From an uncultured Bacteroidales bacterium (GTDB taxonomy: Bacteria > Bacteroidota > Bacteroidia > Bacteroidales > FEN-979), in assembly GCA_963785325.1 (NCBI GenBank), contig CAWAVC010000012.1:35455-99454 (forward strand): a stretch of 64,000 nt of DNA. Reading direction: 5' to 3'. Each line of letters begins with the position of its first letter. Within the stretch, counting starts at the first letter, position 1. Below the pieces are notes generated by a model. The model had not been told where the DNA came from, made no database searches, and saw nothing but the letters and a program-made list of their open reading frames with translations. The translations under genes were made by a program, and so were the position numbers. This document shows, one piece after another, positions 53,602 through 64,000 of this stretch.

Positions 53602-56600
53602 TTACTGTCCGGCGCCGTGGCAATTCTTATATTTCTTACCGCTTCCACAAGGACATGGATCGTTGCGTCCCACCTTTTTCTCAACACGCACCGGCTGTGG
53701 CTTCTGTTTTTCCTGTGTGTTCGAATTAGCTTGTGAGAGCATGTCTGAGCGTTCTTCTCTTAAGCGGCTGCGATCCATTTTTCTCGGCCGTTGTGCTTCG
53801 TGTACATTTTCTACCTGTATTGGAACGTCAGCTTTGATCAGAAAAGAAATGATTTCCTTATTTGTCCGCTGAACCATTGACTTGAAAAGTTCAAACGATT
53901 CAAACTTGTAAATAAGCAAAGGATCTTTTTGTTCATATGCTGCATTTTGAACCGATTGTTTGAGGTCATCCATCTCCCTCAGGTGTTCCTTCCATGCATT
54001 ATCGATCATACTCAGCACAATGCCCTTTTCTATTGATAATGCCACTTCTTTCCCCTTATCTTCAATAGCTTTGCGGATGTTTGTGATAACCTGCATGGTT
54101 TTCATTCCATCGGTTACAGGGATGGCAATGTTCTCATATTGCGTTTCATTCTCAAAAACCTGCTTTATGACAGGGTATGTCTTCTTTGCGATTGCATCGT
54201 TCTTTGCTTTGTAACGCCTGTAAACATGTTCATATAGCTTGTCTGCCAGTTCCGAAATATCTTTCGATTGGAAATCATCTTTCCCGAATGGAGAATCAGT
54301 AACAAATTCCCGAAGGAGTTCCAGTTTGAAACCTTCAAAATCATTTGCTTCCTTGTAATCGATAACAGTCGTCTCACAAACATCGTAAATCATATTACTG
54401 ATATCAACAGCGAGACGCTCACCGAAAAGAGCATGGTGGCGCTTTTTATAGATGGCATCCCGCTGAATATTCATGACATCATCATATTCAAGAAGTCTTT
54501 TGCGGATGCCAAAGTTATTTTCCTCTACTTTCCTTTGTGCCCGTTCGATCGATTTCGTAATCATGGAATGTTGGATGACTTCTCCTTCCTTGATTCCCAT
54601 CCGGTCCATAATTTTTGCAATCCTGTCGGATCCGAACATACGCATCAGGTCATCTTCCAGACAAACGAAGAACTGGGAACTGCCGGGGTCTCCCTGGCGT
54701 CCTGCGCGGCCGCGTAACTGCCTGTCGACACGGCGCGACTCATGCCTTTCTGTGCCGATGATGGCAAGCCCACCGGCCTCCACGACTCCTTTGCCCAACT
54801 TAATATCGGTACCACGTCCGGCCATGTTTGTGGCGATGGTCACGGTACCTGCAATACCTGCCTGGAGTACAATTTCGGCTTCCTTCTGATGTAGCTTTGC
54901 ATTCAACACATTGTGCTTAATGTTCTGACGTTTAAGCATACGGCTCAACAATTCTGACGTCTCAACTGAAGTCGTACCTACCAGGCTTGGCCTTCCAATA
55001 GAAATCAGGTGTTCAATCTCTTTGATGACAGCATTAAATTTTTCCCGTTTTGTTTTATATACCAGATCCTGACGGTCATCGCGAATTACCGATCTATTAG
55101 TAGGAATGACAACGACGTCCAACTTGTAAATATCCCAAAATTCACCTGCTTCTGTTTCGGCGGTACCGGTCATCCCAGCTAGTTTTTTGTACATCCTGAA
55201 ATAATTCTGCAGTGTAATGGTAGCATAAGTCTGTGTAGCAGCCTCTATCTTCACATTCTCCTTTGCTTCAAGGGCCTGATGAAGTCCTTCCGAGTACCTT
55301 CTTCCTTCAAGAATACGTCCAGTCTGTTCATCGACTATCTTGATCTTGTTGTCCATGATGACATATTCCACATCTTTTTCAAACAAAGCATAGGCCTTTA
55401 ACAACTGGTTTACGGTGTGAACCCGCTCTGATTTGATCGAATAATCAATCATCATTTGGTTCTTTTTTTCCAGTTTTTCAGATTCAAGAAGGTCAGAGTG
55501 TTCAAGTTCGGCTAATTCGTTACCAATATCCGGCAGAATATAGAATGTGGGATCATCATAAGATTCGGTCAACAGGTCGATCCCTTTATCTGTCAACTCA
55601 ATTGTATTGTTTTTTTCATCGATTACGAAATAAAGTTCATCATCGATGATATGCATGTTCTTGGATTGTTCCTGCATGTAAAAATTCTCTGTTTTCAGGA
55701 GGAGTGCCTTCATGCCAGGTTCACTAAGAAATTTGATCAGCGCTTTGGTCTTTGGAAGTCCATGATAAGAACGGAGTAATTGTTCACCCGCTTTTTTTAT
55801 ATTCTCGTTGTTGTTCTCATCCTCGCTTAGTGATTTTGCTTCGGCAAGCAACCTGGTGACCAGATTCCTTTGTGCGTTGTATAACTTTACCACATTGGGT
55901 TTCAATTCCTCAAAAGCCTGGTTTTCTCCTTCTGGTGTAGGTCCAGAAATAATAAGCGGGGTTCTGGCGTCATCAATCAAAACAGAGTCAACTTCATCGA
56001 CAATCGCGTAGTTGTGCACCCGTTGTACCATTTCCTCGGGATTGCTGGTCATATTATCACGCAGGTAATCAAAGCCAAATTCATTGTTTGTTCCAAAAGT
56101 GATATCTGCGTTATAAGCATTTCTGCGGGCATCTGAATTTGGCTCGTGTCTGTCGATACAATCTACTTTCAATCCATGAAACTCATAAAGGACCCCCATC
56201 CATTCCGAATCTCGTTTTGCGAGGTAATCATTTACGGTAACGATATGAACACCTTTTCCCGGAAGGGCATTCAGGTATACTGGAAGTGTAGCAACAAGTG
56301 TTTTTCCTTCACCGGTAGCCATTTCTGCGATCTTCCCCTCGTGAAGTACCACTCCGCCTATTAGCTGAACATCATAGTGAATCATATCCCAGCGGATCAT
56401 ATTTCCGCCTGCAATCCAGTTTGTTTTGTACCTGGCCTTATCTCCTTCGATCACAACATTGGCTTTCACGGCAGCAAAATCACGATCCATCTGAGTAGCG
56501 GTAACTTCAATATATTCATTCTCAACAAATCTCCTTGCCGTATCTTTCATCACAGCAAAGGCTTCGGGCAGGATTTGATTTAATATTTCCTGGGTCAGTT

Positions 56601-56886
56601 CATAACTTTCCTTTTCAAGTTTATCAAGTTGGGAGTAAAGTTTTTCTTTTTCGTCAATCTCTATCTCGTCAGAAGTGAGCTGTATCTTAAGATCTTCAAT
56701 TTCTTTCTCTTTCGCTGAAATATGGTCGGCAATCCTTTGTTTAAATTGAACGGTTTTAGCCCTGAGTTCGTCGTTGCTAAGATTTTTAATTTCATCGTAA
56801 AATCCCAAAGTCGTGTCGATATAGGGCATTATCTCTTTAATATCTCTTTGAGATTTGTTTCCCAGAAATTTTTTAAAAAAATCCAT
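53602..56886 (-). CDS. secA: Preprotein translocase ATPase SecA
   Basis: [31 protein letters not shown] motif [18 protein letters not shown]; -7 element TACTTTTG at 56920-56927 on the minus strand. Confidence 0.98.
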   Translation of the reverse strand: MDFFKKFLGNKSQRDIKEIMPYIDTTLGFYDEIKNLSNDELRAKTVQFKQRIADHISAKEKEIEDLKIQLTSDEIEIDEKEKLYSQLDKLEKESYELTQEILNQILPEAFAVMKDTARRFVENEYIEVTATQMDRDFAAVKANVVIEGDKARYKTNWIAGGNMIRWDMIHYDVQLIGGVVLHEGKIAEMATGEGKTLVATLPVYLNALPGKGVHIVTVNDYLAKRDSEWMGVLYEFHGLKVDCIDRHEPNSDARRNAYNADITFGTNNEFGFDYLRDNMTSNPEEMVQRVHNYAIVDEVDSVLIDDARTPLIISGPTPEGENQAFEELKPNVVKLYNAQRNLVTRLLAEAKSLSEDENNNENIKKAGEQLLRSYHGLPKTKALIKFLSEPGMKALLLKTENFYMQEQSKNMHIIDDELYFVIDEKNNTIELTDKGIDLLTESYDDPTFYILPDIGNELAELEHSDLLESEKLEKKNQMMIDYSIKSERVHTVNQLLKAYALFEKDVEYVIMDNKIKIVDEQTGRILEGRRYSEGLHQALEAKENVKIEAATQTYATITLQNYFRMYKKLAGMTGTAETEAGEFWDIYKLDVVVIPTNRSVIRDDRQDLVYKTKREKFNAVIKEIEHLISIGRPSLVGTTSVETSELLSRMLKRQNIKHNVLNAKLHQKEAEIVLQAGIAGTVTIATNMAGRGTDIKLGKGVVEAGGLAIIGTERHESRRVDRQLRGRAGRQGDPGSSQFFVCLEDDLMRMFGSDRIAKIMDRMGIKEGEVIQHSMITKSIERAQRKVEENNFGIRKRLLEYDDVMNIQRDAIYKKRHHALFGERLAVDISNMIYDVCETTVIDYKEANDFEGFKLELLREFVTDSPFGKDDFQSKDISELADKLYEHVYRRYKAKNDAIAKKTYPVIKQVFENETQYENIAIPVTDGMKTMQVITNIRKAIEDKGKEVALSIEKGIVLSMIDNAWKEHLREMDDLKQSVQNAAYEQKDPLLIYKFESFELFKSMVQRTNKEIISFLIKADVPIQVENVHEAQRPRKMDRSRLREERSDMLSQANSNTQEKQKPQPVRVEKKVGRNDPCPCGSGKKYKNCHGAGQ

Positions 56887-56965
56887 AATAATATAATTGA
56901 TAAATCAACAAATGCTGAACAAAAGTAAGCAAAATCCAGTGACCAATCTTTTCAGCCTTTGAATT

Positions 56966-58357
56966 TTATGGATTCAGAAGTCGCTCAAGCGAAGACTCAA
57001 GCCCACTATCAGGCATGTCGGCCGGGTATTTCCAGATTTTCCCCTGGCTGTCTATCAGTACAAACAACGGGAATGAACGCACATCATAGTCGCGCAGCAA
57101 TTCAATATCACTTCCTAAATGAAGAAATGTCCATGTAAAATCTTTTTTAAGGTTAAGGAAATAAAGCATTTTCAGAAATTCCTTATCTGCAGAAATGCTT
57201 AAAAAACGCATGCGGTCATGGTATTTATCATAGAGTGGCTTCAGCGATTCCATCTCACTGAGGCACGATTGGCAATAGGTGGTCCAGAAACCAATCAGAA
57301 CAGGTTTCCCTTTAAACTCATCAAGTGAAACATTCTTATGGTTTCTGTCCTGAAGTATGAACCCGGGTGCCGCACTGCCTTGCCGCAGTCTTGTCAGATA
57401 TATTATCAGATCTTCCGCAATCAATCTATTTTCTGCGAATTTACTATCCTTTGCTATTGAAGCCAGTGTATTTTGAATGCTCTCCTGTTTATACAATGGA
57501 TCGTCGTACATTTCCATCAGACCCCTGAGCAATACCAGTTCGCGCAACTGGGGTTTTTTCAAGAGCGTATCAGTTTCCAGAGCTTTCATAAGGACGACGT
57601 AACTACCGGGATCATTCAACATCCCCTGATAATTGAGAAATTTTAATGGCCGTGAAGTTGTGGTCATGTATTTCGAAAAGAATTCCCTGAAGAAATCCAT
57701 ATACTCGACATTGTCATAGAGGATGGGAGAATTGGAAAAATATTTTTGAGTCATAACTGATTTGCCCATAACGTTAGCCACCTGTTCAAGGGAACCAAGC
57801 TTGTATTTTACATAGTCGAGAAAATAGGATTTTTTTACATCCGGAAATTTCCGCGTCATCCTTACCCGGAAAGTATCCAGCCTAGCTTTGTCTTTATTAC
57901 TGTACAAATAGTTGAAATTATCCAGAACGAATTTGTTGTATTCAGTATTAAATGCCTGGATCAATGTGTTCAGATCTTCAGGTTTACTTCCTAAAAGTGT
58001 AATCTCAAGACTTTGTGACTCTTCAAAGGGGTTGATTTCCTGAATCTCGTTGTAATTCAAAGGAGCTATTGTCAGGATGTACAATCTGCTTGGTTCAATA
58101 AATAGCTCACCGCGGTGAAAATCAATATTCAGGAAGGCAGAAATTGTTTTATCCGTATTCATTAAAAGGGTAAAAGAGCCTGTAGAATCAACAGTGGCCT
58201 GCGTAAGTGTTTTCTCCAAACCGGTCAGCAGATCGGAAGACGTGATCACTTCTATCTTTCTTCCTTCTGCACCTGGCGCTGTTCCAATAATTTTTACAGA
58301 TTGGGCAAAGGAAAGGAAAGGAAAAAGAAAAAGGATAAATGGCAGGAAGGTTTTCAT
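56966..58357 (-). CDS. Exported protein with C-terminal TlpA/redoxin thioredoxin-fold domain
   Basis: Signal peptide; APGFILQD..GKPVLIGFWTTYCQSC. Confidence 0.85.
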   Translation of the reverse strand: MKTFLPFILFLFPFLSFAQSVKIIGTAPGAEGRKIEVITSSDLLTGLEKTLTQATVDSTGSFTLLMNTDKTISAFLNIDFHRGELFIEPSRLYILTIAPLNYNEIQEINPFEESQSLEITLLGSKPEDLNTLIQAFNTEYNKFVLDNFNYLYSNKDKARLDTFRVRMTRKFPDVKKSYFLDYVKYKLGSLEQVANVMGKSVMTQKYFSNSPILYDNVEYMDFFREFFSKYMTTTSRPLKFLNYQGMLNDPGSYVVLMKALETDTLLKKPQLRELVLLRGLMEMYDDPLYKQESIQNTLASIAKDSKFAENRLIAEDLIIYLTRLRQGSAAPGFILQDRNHKNVSLDEFKGKPVLIGFWTTYCQSCLSEMESLKPLYDKYHDRMRFLSISADKEFLKMLYFLNLKKDFTWTFLHLGSDIELLRDYDVRSFPLFVLIDSQGKIWKYPADMPDSGLESSLERLLNP

Positions 58358-58380
58358 TCAATTGAATTTAGTGATGCCAG

Positions 58381-58450
58381 ATAATTGAAAGTTGAAAATT
58401 GATGTTGATAAAAATCATACTGACTTTATGACTTCATAACTTCATAAACT
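58381..58450. repeat. TTGAAA/TTGAT heptamers then (G/A)ACTT(T/C)AT octamers
   Basis: Read directly; the coaD stop lies in the last octamer. Confidence 0.7.
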
Positions 58451-58924
58451 TACTGAATCATGAATTTCCTTTGCAATTTTATCTGGGACAAACTTGCTGA
58501 CATCGCCTCCATTCTTCAGAATATCCCTGACCACAGATGAATTGAGAGCTGCATATTCCGGTGCACTCAGAAAAAATACTGTTTCGATTTCAGGTGAAAT
58601 GGCTTTGTTCATAAGGCCGATAGTCCGTTCAAATTCAAAATCGGCAGAGGTTCTCAATCCACGCAAGATATATCCTGCTTTTATTTTCCTGCAAAAATCG
58701 ACAGTAAGACCTGAATATTTTACGATTCTGACCTTCGGTTCATCGGAGAACACCTGTATAAGCCATTTTAACCGATTATCCAGGGAGAAATATGACTTTT
58801 TTTCAACATTTTCTCCTAATGCAACAATGATTTTATCGAATACCGGAATTGCCCTGCGGACGATGGATACATGACCCAGTGTAATAGGATCAAAGGATCC
58901 CGGGAAAACAGCGATCTTTTTCAT
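58442..58924 (-). CDS. coaD: Pantetheine-phosphate adenylyltransferase
   Basis: FPGSFDPITLGH, LRGLR, SSVVR; -7 element TAAGTTTG at 58945-58952 on the minus strand. Confidence 0.96.
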   Translation of the reverse strand: MKKIAVFPGSFDPITLGHVSIVRRAIPVFDKIIVALGENVEKKSYFSLDNRLKWLIQVFSDEPKVRIVKYSGLTVDFCRKIKAGYILRGLRTSADFEFERTIGLMNKAISPEIETVFFLSAPEYAALNSSVVRDILKNGGDVSKFVPDKIAKEIHDSVSL

Positions 58925-58965
58925 CAACAATACATTTTCTCGGGCAAACTTACTGAAATATTCTC

Positions 58966-59070
58966 GATTGGACGATTTACAAATGACGAATGAATTTTTT
59001 TATTGACGATTTATGATTTCATTGCGTAAATAAACAATAAATCCTAAATCTAAAATTGTCTAATCTCAAA
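58966..59070. repeat. GACGATTT-type units on the left, TAAATC(C)-type units on the right
   Basis: Read directly; degenerate. Confidence 0.65.
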
Positions 59071-59853
59071 TTATTCAAATGATACTGAGAATTGAAAAAT
59101 TTTTGATTTCAGACTTTGGATGCTATTTGTATAAAGGTTGTTTTCCCTTTTCAATTCGTCGAACAGCCCATACATCATCTTGAATTCTAATCCCAGTTTA
59201 AACCATTCATTGTAAAAATCGAAACCAACCCCAGCCTCAAGGTAAACATCATTACTATTAAACTTGACTATTTTCTGGTCAGCATTACGTGCCTCCCGTT
59301 TCTTTGCCTGCGATGCCAGGTCAAGAGTATATTGAGTCCCTCCCATCAGGTATGCTCTGAAATTATTGTAACGGTCAGATTTAAATTTGATTTCGAGAGG
59401 GAAGTTCACATAGGTTGAAGGAACATCCTTTGTTATGGTCAAAATAGATTTATCCTCATTCTTGTAAATTAAAATGGCATATATGAGTTGGCGGTCCCCA
59501 AAGGAAAGAGATGGAATAAAGCGAAGATCAAAATTATCACCTATCCGCATATTGCTAACAATACTGATGACGAAACCAACCGCAGCGGTCGATGTGATTG
59601 ATAAGACCTTGGCTGAATCAGGCAAGGGCAGGATGTCGGGTATGAATGTTGAATCGAAATTATGGGTAGTCAGGTCTTTAATAGGACGGATGGTAACGTA
59701 ACTAAGATCGGCTCCTAAGACAAATCCAAAATGAAACTTATCCTGGTCGTATGTCGGCATGTTAAGGATCCATTGCTTCTGTCCATATCCTTTTCCCGAA
59801 AATGAAAGATAACAAACTAATAAGGAGACGATAATAATCCGCACACGTTTCAA
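59071..59853 (-). CDS. porT: T9SS outer-membrane protein PorT/SprT
   Basis: HFGFVLG, DLRFIPSLSF..R.L.Y, STYVNFPL..KFKS.R.NN.R.Y; located beside ubiE. Confidence 0.88.
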   Translation of the reverse strand: MKRVRIIIVSLLVCYLSFSGKGYGQKQWILNMPTYDQDKFHFGFVLGADLSYVTIRPIKDLTTHNFDSTFIPDILPLPDSAKVLSITSTAAVGFVISIVSNMRIGDNFDLRFIPSLSFGDRQLIYAILIYKNEDKSILTITKDVPSTYVNFPLEIKFKSDRYNNFRAYLMGGTQYTLDLASQAKKREARNADQKIVKFNSNDVYLEAGVGFDFYNEWFKLGLEFKMMYGLFDELKRENNLYTNSIQSLKSKIFQFSVSFE

Positions 59854-59939
59854 TAAATTGGAGTGGTTTAATGAACTATACTAACGGGTTAAATGATTTT
59901 TTATTTTATAGAAAAGATTAGCGTTTGTAAGGGCTATGT

Positions 59940-60632
59940 TTATTTTATTCCTGTATATATAGTGGCTATGCCAAAGGTAAGGATCTTCCGGGTAATGTTT
60001 TTCATTTCAGCTTTTACCAGGAAATTAACAAAATCTTCCCCAGATGGAAAAGCTGAAACAGATTCAGGCAGATAGGAATAAGCCTGTCTATTCCCAGAAA
60101 CCATTTTTCCTATGAAAGGTATCATATATTTAGAGTGAAATGCATACAATTGTTTCCAGGGAAAAGATGCAGGATGTGAAAATTCGAGAATCATCATCAC
60201 CCCTCCAGCTTTCAATACCCGTTTCATTTCTGATAAGCCTTTTTCCAGGTCTTCAAAATTACGGACACCGAAAGCCACTGTTACGGCATCAAAAATTTCA
60301 TTCGGAAATGGAAGAGCTTCAGCATCACCTTCCTGAAACTTTATTCTTTCCTGTATATGTTTTTGCAAGGTCCTCTTTTTAGCAATTTCCAACATATCTC
60401 CAGCAATATCAATCCCGATGATCCTTTCAGGTTCCAAACCGTTGATAAGTAAAGCAAGGTCACCAGTGCCTGTCGCAACATCGAGAACGCTTTTAGGATG
60501 GTAGGACGAAAGTTGGTTTACTAATTTTCTTCTCCAACTGAAATCAATACCGAGCGAAAGAAAATGATTCAGGAAATTGTAATGACCGGAAATGTCGTTG
60601 AACATATTTTGAATCTGCTCTTTCTTTTTCAT
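59940..60632 (-). CDS. ubiE: Demethylmenaquinone methyltransferase (UbiE/MenG)
   Basis: NHFLSLGID..WR, LDVATGTGD, AFGVRNF, AYSYLPESV. Confidence 0.95.
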   Translation of the reverse strand: MKKKEQIQNMFNDISGHYNFLNHFLSLGIDFSWRRKLVNQLSSYHPKSVLDVATGTGDLALLINGLEPERIIGIDIAGDMLEIAKKRTLQKHIQERIKFQEGDAEALPFPNEIFDAVTVAFGVRNFEDLEKGLSEMKRVLKAGGVMMILEFSHPASFPWKQLYAFHSKYMIPFIGKMVSGNRQAYSYLPESVSAFPSGEDFVNFLVKAEMKNITRKILTFGIATIYTGIK

Positions 60633-60653
60633 TGGTTCCTGTCATGAATAAAG

Positions 60654-60687
60654 AAAAAAGGGATTATCCGAAAACCGACAATCCCTT
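60654..60687 (-). terminator. Intrinsic terminator after tsf
   Basis: Minus strand AAGGGATTGTC-loop-GATAATCCCTT followed by a T-run. Confidence 0.8.
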
Positions 60688-60707
60688 AAAAATCAATTAA
60701 TCCTAAA

Positions 60708-61546
60708 TTATGCTCCGAGCATCAGTCTTTTAAAACCGGTGATGCGAAGGTCTTTATCATTTTCTGCCAGGAATTGACGAACTGTTTTTTTAGTATCTCT
60801 CACAAAATCCTGGTTCAGCAGTGTATTGTCTTTGAAGAATTTTCCAAGCTTTCCAGTTGCAATCTTTATCCAGCATTTCTTCCGGTTTCCCTTCCTGCCG
60901 GGCTTGTTCCTTCCCGATTTCAACTTCGTGGTTGATAATTTCCTGCGAAACATTTTCTTTATCTACGGCAATGGGGTTCATGGCAGCAACCTGCATAGCT
61001 AGTTCATGTGCAATTTCAGCTATATTCCTTCCATCTTTTTTATTCAGTCCGAGAATTGTTGCAAGTCTGTTTCCATGATGGTTATATGAAGAAATGAAGG
61101 GAGCTTCCAGAAATTCATAATGAGCAATCTTAATCTTTCTCACCAGTTTTCCCCAACATCTCATTTAGTTTTTCTCCTACAGTTATTTTATCCAGTATCA
61201 TAGTATTGATTTCCTCAAGACTGGATGGACGGTTTTTGATGCAAAGATCGAGAAGGTCATAAGCGAATTTCTTAAAATCATCAGTCTTAGCTACAAAATC
61301 CGTTTCACAGTTCATCATGATCATCCCTGCATAAGTATGATCCTCATTAGTTTCCGATATTACGATGCCCTCATTGGCATCGCGGTCTGCTCTTTTTTCG
61401 GCAATTTTCTGTCCTTTTTTCCTGAGGTAATCAATGGCTTTGTCAAAATCGCCTTCAGTTTCCTGAAGTGCTTTTTTGCAATCCATCACCCCGGCGCCGG
61501 ACATCTGACGTAATTTATTAACGTCGGCCGCAGTTATCGTTATCAT
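60708..61546 (-). CDS. tsf: Elongation factor Ts (two apparent +1 errors at ~61137 and ~60866)
   Basis: VNKLRQMSGAGVMDCKKAL, NCETDFVA, LAMQVAAMNP, EGKPEEM over three frames. Confidence 0.95.
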
Positions 61547-61601
61547 AAAAAATTTGTGTGTTTAATATTGATTAATTTAAATAGTATAATATCCCAGTAG
61601 G

Positions 61602-62543
61602 TCATTTTTTATTCGATTTTCCGGCAGGTTTGTTGATTCGTTTACGGGGAACTTTCGTTTTTTCCTTCTCCTCATCCGAATTGGACTTCAGTTTGGCAAT
61701 TTTGGTTTCCACAAAATCTTTCTTCGCAATTTTTATTCCTTCTTCTTCTTCATCTATATCCATGACATCAACACCGGAGTGTATTCCGAATTCATCTTCT
61801 GCTCCTTCAATTTTGCTTTCATGTTCTTCATCGGCAATTTTTTTGTCCCGGTCGAGTTTACGTTCAACAAGACCTTCCTCGATGGCACTCACCATAGCTC
61901 CGATAATAAGGGATATTGATTTGGAAGCGTCGTCATTAGCAGGTATAGCAAAATCCACCTGACGTGGGTCAGAATTTGTGTCGACGATGGCGAAGGTAGG
62001 TATGTTTAATTTTTTTGCTTCGGCAATAGCAATATGTTCTTTCAGAATATCCACTACAAACACAGCTGCAGGAAGACGGTTCAGATCGGCAATACTTCCA
62101 AGGTTCTTTTCCAGTTTTGCCCTTTCGCGAGTAATGGTCAATCGTTCTTTTTTAGAGAGATTGCTATAAGAAGGGCTACTCATCAATTTATCAATGGAAG
62201 CCATTTTCCTTACTGCCTTACGGATGGTAGCAAAGTTAGTAAGCATTCCACCAGGCCAACGCTCCGTTACATAAGGCATATTGACTCTCTTTACTTGTTC
62301 TGCAACGATTTCTTTTGCCTGTTTCTTTGTTGCGACGAACAAAATGCGTTTCCCTGATTTCGAGATCTGCTTGAGTGCAGAAGCTGCTTCGTCCATCTTA
62401 GCCATGGTTTTGTAAAGATCAATAATATGGATCCCATTACGTTCCATGAAAATATAAGGGGCCATGCTCGGGTTCCATTTTCTCTTCAGGTGACCAAAAT
62501 GAACACCGGCATCCAACAATTCATCAAAAGTGATTCTTGACAT
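61602..62543 (-). CDS. rpsB: 30S ribosomal protein S2 (with charged C-terminal extension)
   Basis: AGVHFGH, WPGGMLTN, IPANDDA. Confidence 0.98.
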   Translation of the reverse strand: MSRITFDELLDAGVHFGHLKRKWNPSMAPYIFMERNGIHIIDLYKTMAKMDEAASALKQISKSGKRILFVATKKQAKEIVAEQVKRVNMPYVTERWPGGMLTNFATIRKAVRKMASIDKLMSSPSYSNLSKKERLTITRERAKLEKNLGSIADLNRLPAAVFVVDILKEHIAIAEAKKLNIPTFAIVDTNSDPRQVDFAIPANDDASKSISLIIGAMVSAIEEGLVERKLDRDKKIADEEHESKIEGAEDEFGIHSGVDVMDIDEEEEGIKIAKKDFVETKIAKLKSNSDEEKEKTKVPRKRINKPAGKSNKK

Positions 62544-62561
62544 AATTTCTTTACTATAATT

Positions 62562-62949
62562 TTAACGTTTGCTAAATTGGAATCTTTTCCTTGCTTTTTT
62601 TTGACCGGGCTTTTTCCGTTCGACCATACGCGGATCCCGTCTCATCAATCCTTTTGCTTTTAGTGTGGGCCGGTTTTCTTCGTTGATCTTGCAGAGAGCA
62701 CGGGAAATTGCAAGACTTGAGGGCCTCTGCCTGTCCGGTAATTCCACCGCCATCGAGGTTGACCCTGACATCGTATTTTCCAAAAGTGTTTGTGATGTTG
62801 AAGGGTTCAACAACTTGGTATTGTAAGATTAACGTTGGAAAATATTCTTTATAATCGCGGTCGTTGACCGTAATTTTTCCATCACCTTCTTTTAAATAAA
62901 TCCTCGCGACGGCAGTTTTTCTTCTGCCGAGAGTCATGATAACTTCCAT
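62562..62949 (-). CDS. rpsI: 30S ribosomal protein S9 (apparent +1 error at ~62715)
   Basis: [19 protein letters not shown], then [25 protein letters not shown] in the next frame. Confidence 0.96.
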
Positions 62950-62950
62950 A

Positions 62951-63405
62951 TTATCCGATTGAATTTAGATTGATTACTTTGGGTTGCTGAGCCTGGTGAG
63001 GATGTTCCGGACCTTCATAAACATAAAGGTTACGAAACAATTCACTTCCTAAACGATTTTTAGGCAGCATGCCTTTGATGGCTTTTTCAACAATGGCAGT
63101 GGGCTTTTTTGCCATTAGTTCCTTTGGTGATGTAAAGCGCTGTCCTCCGGGATACCCCGTATGATGGACATATTCTTTATCCGACATCTTTTTACCTGTA
63201 AGAATAACCTTTTCGGCGTTGATGATGATCACATTGTCGCCACAGTCAACGTGCGGTGTATAATTGGTTTTCAGTTTGCCCGGAGTAATCGTGCTGCCTT
63301 GGACAATAAACGTCCAAGAACCTGGTTTTCTGCGTCAATAAGAACCCATTCCTTATTTACCGTTGCTGCGTTGGCACTTATTGTTTTGTAACTTAACGTA
63401 TTCAT
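62951..63405 (-). CDS. rplM: 50S ribosomal protein L13 (apparent -1 error at ~63280)
   Basis: MNTLSYKT..WVLIDA..LGRL, then YTPHVDCGD, HTGYPGG, GMLPKNRLG. Confidence 0.96.
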
Positions 63406-63457
63406 GAACTTTTACTAGTTGTTAAATCATTAATACTATTCCCATTAAAAAGGGGTG

Positions 63458-63465
63458 CAAAAATA
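63458..63465 (-). promoter_or_regulatory. Sigma-A -7 element (TATTTTTG) of the rplM-rpsI-rpsB-tsf operon
   Basis: TAnnTTTG on the minus strand ~52 nt upstream of the rplM ATG. Confidence 0.65.
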
Positions 63466-63507
63466 GAACTAAATTTTTGATTAAACAAATAATCTCAGGA
63501 ACTTTTA

Positions 63508-63546
63508 GGCAAGTAGTAAAATGGCTAAATAGTAAAATGGCAAAAA
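63508..63546. repeat. Degenerate octamer array G(T/C)(A/T)AAAT(G/A) x5
   Basis: GCAAGTA GTAAAATG GCTAAATA GTAAAATG GCAAAAAT. Confidence 0.65.
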
Positions 63547-63690
63547 TCAGCTCCTTTGCCGTGAAGGAAGGTCAAAAAGATCAGGAAGACAAATGACATT
63601 TCTTTCATTGTTAAAAAATTCTAAAAAAATGGTAATAATTCAAAATACTTCTTTATTCTCTCTAATTTTATTTTCCGGTATGTTTCAAAG

Positions 63691-64000
63691 ATGAACAAAC
63701 TAATACGGCTTCTCCTCTTGACAGGTATTCTTGCTGCTGCGATGGCTTTTCTTGAAAGCTCAGTGGTAGTCTATTTGCGCGTACTTTATTATCCCGAGGG
63801 ATTTTCTTTCCCGTTAAAAATGATAGATCAGCACATACTTGTGACAGAAGTCTTTAGGGAAGCAGCAACAATTATCATACTTTTCACTATAGGTCTAATC
63901 GCAACAAAAAGCCTGATCGCTCGTTTTGCGGTGTTTATTTATGCTTTTGCCATTTGGGATATCTTTTATTATATTTATCTGATCTGCCTCATCGGATGGC
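63691..64000 (+). CDS. Hypothetical membrane protein, 3' truncated by the window edge (not in the ORF track)
   Basis: Open frame MNKLIRLLLLTGILAAAMAFLESSVVVYLRVLYYPEGF..REAAT..WDIFYY..LIGW to the end of the window. Confidence 0.75.
   Translation, partial: MNKLIRLLLLTGILAAAMAFLESSVVVYLRVLYYPEGFSFPLKMIDQHILVTEVFREAATIIILFTIGLIATKSLIARFAVFIYAFAIWDIFYYIYLICLIGW

Noticed and set aside
61602-61860. Long charged C-terminal tail of RpsB
   Set aside because: C-terminal extensions of S2 are common in Bacteroidota.
60708-63405. Programmed frameshifting or pseudogenisation of tsf, rpsI and rplM
   Set aside because: Core translation genes with otherwise perfect motifs, no consistent slippery site or stimulator, and the same indel pattern window-wide; assembly error is far more likely.

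Overview
64-kb chromosomal window from a Bacteroidota (probably Bacteroidales-like) bacterium, based on SusC/SusD, T9SS C-terminal domains, PorT, TAnnTTTG promoters and the rplM-rpsI-rpsB-tsf operon. About 4-30.5 kb is a large alpha-glucan (starch/maltodextrin/glycogen) locus: two MFS permeases, MalQ, GlgB, four other GH13s, a CBM48-esterase, SusC/SusD/SusE and a non-catalytic T9SS carbohydrate-binding protein. The rest is mostly housekeeping, plus a decaying cutC/GH2 block and an intact GH20. Scattered single-base frameshifts also hit essential genes (tsf, rpsI, rplM), so most are probably assembly errors. Most notable: (1) about 14 intergenic spacers carry degenerate 7-8 nt tandem-repeat arrays from a shared motif set with a consistent polarity, purine/G-rich on the left and pyrimidine/C-rich on the right of the top strand whatever the gene orientation; (2) the SusD contains an internal ~210-aa insertion of two SusE/F-type starch-binding modules paralogous to the neighbouring SusE; (3) an oligopeptidase-B-like lipoprotein appears to lack its catalytic triad. 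All calls come from motif recognition by eye; no searches were run.
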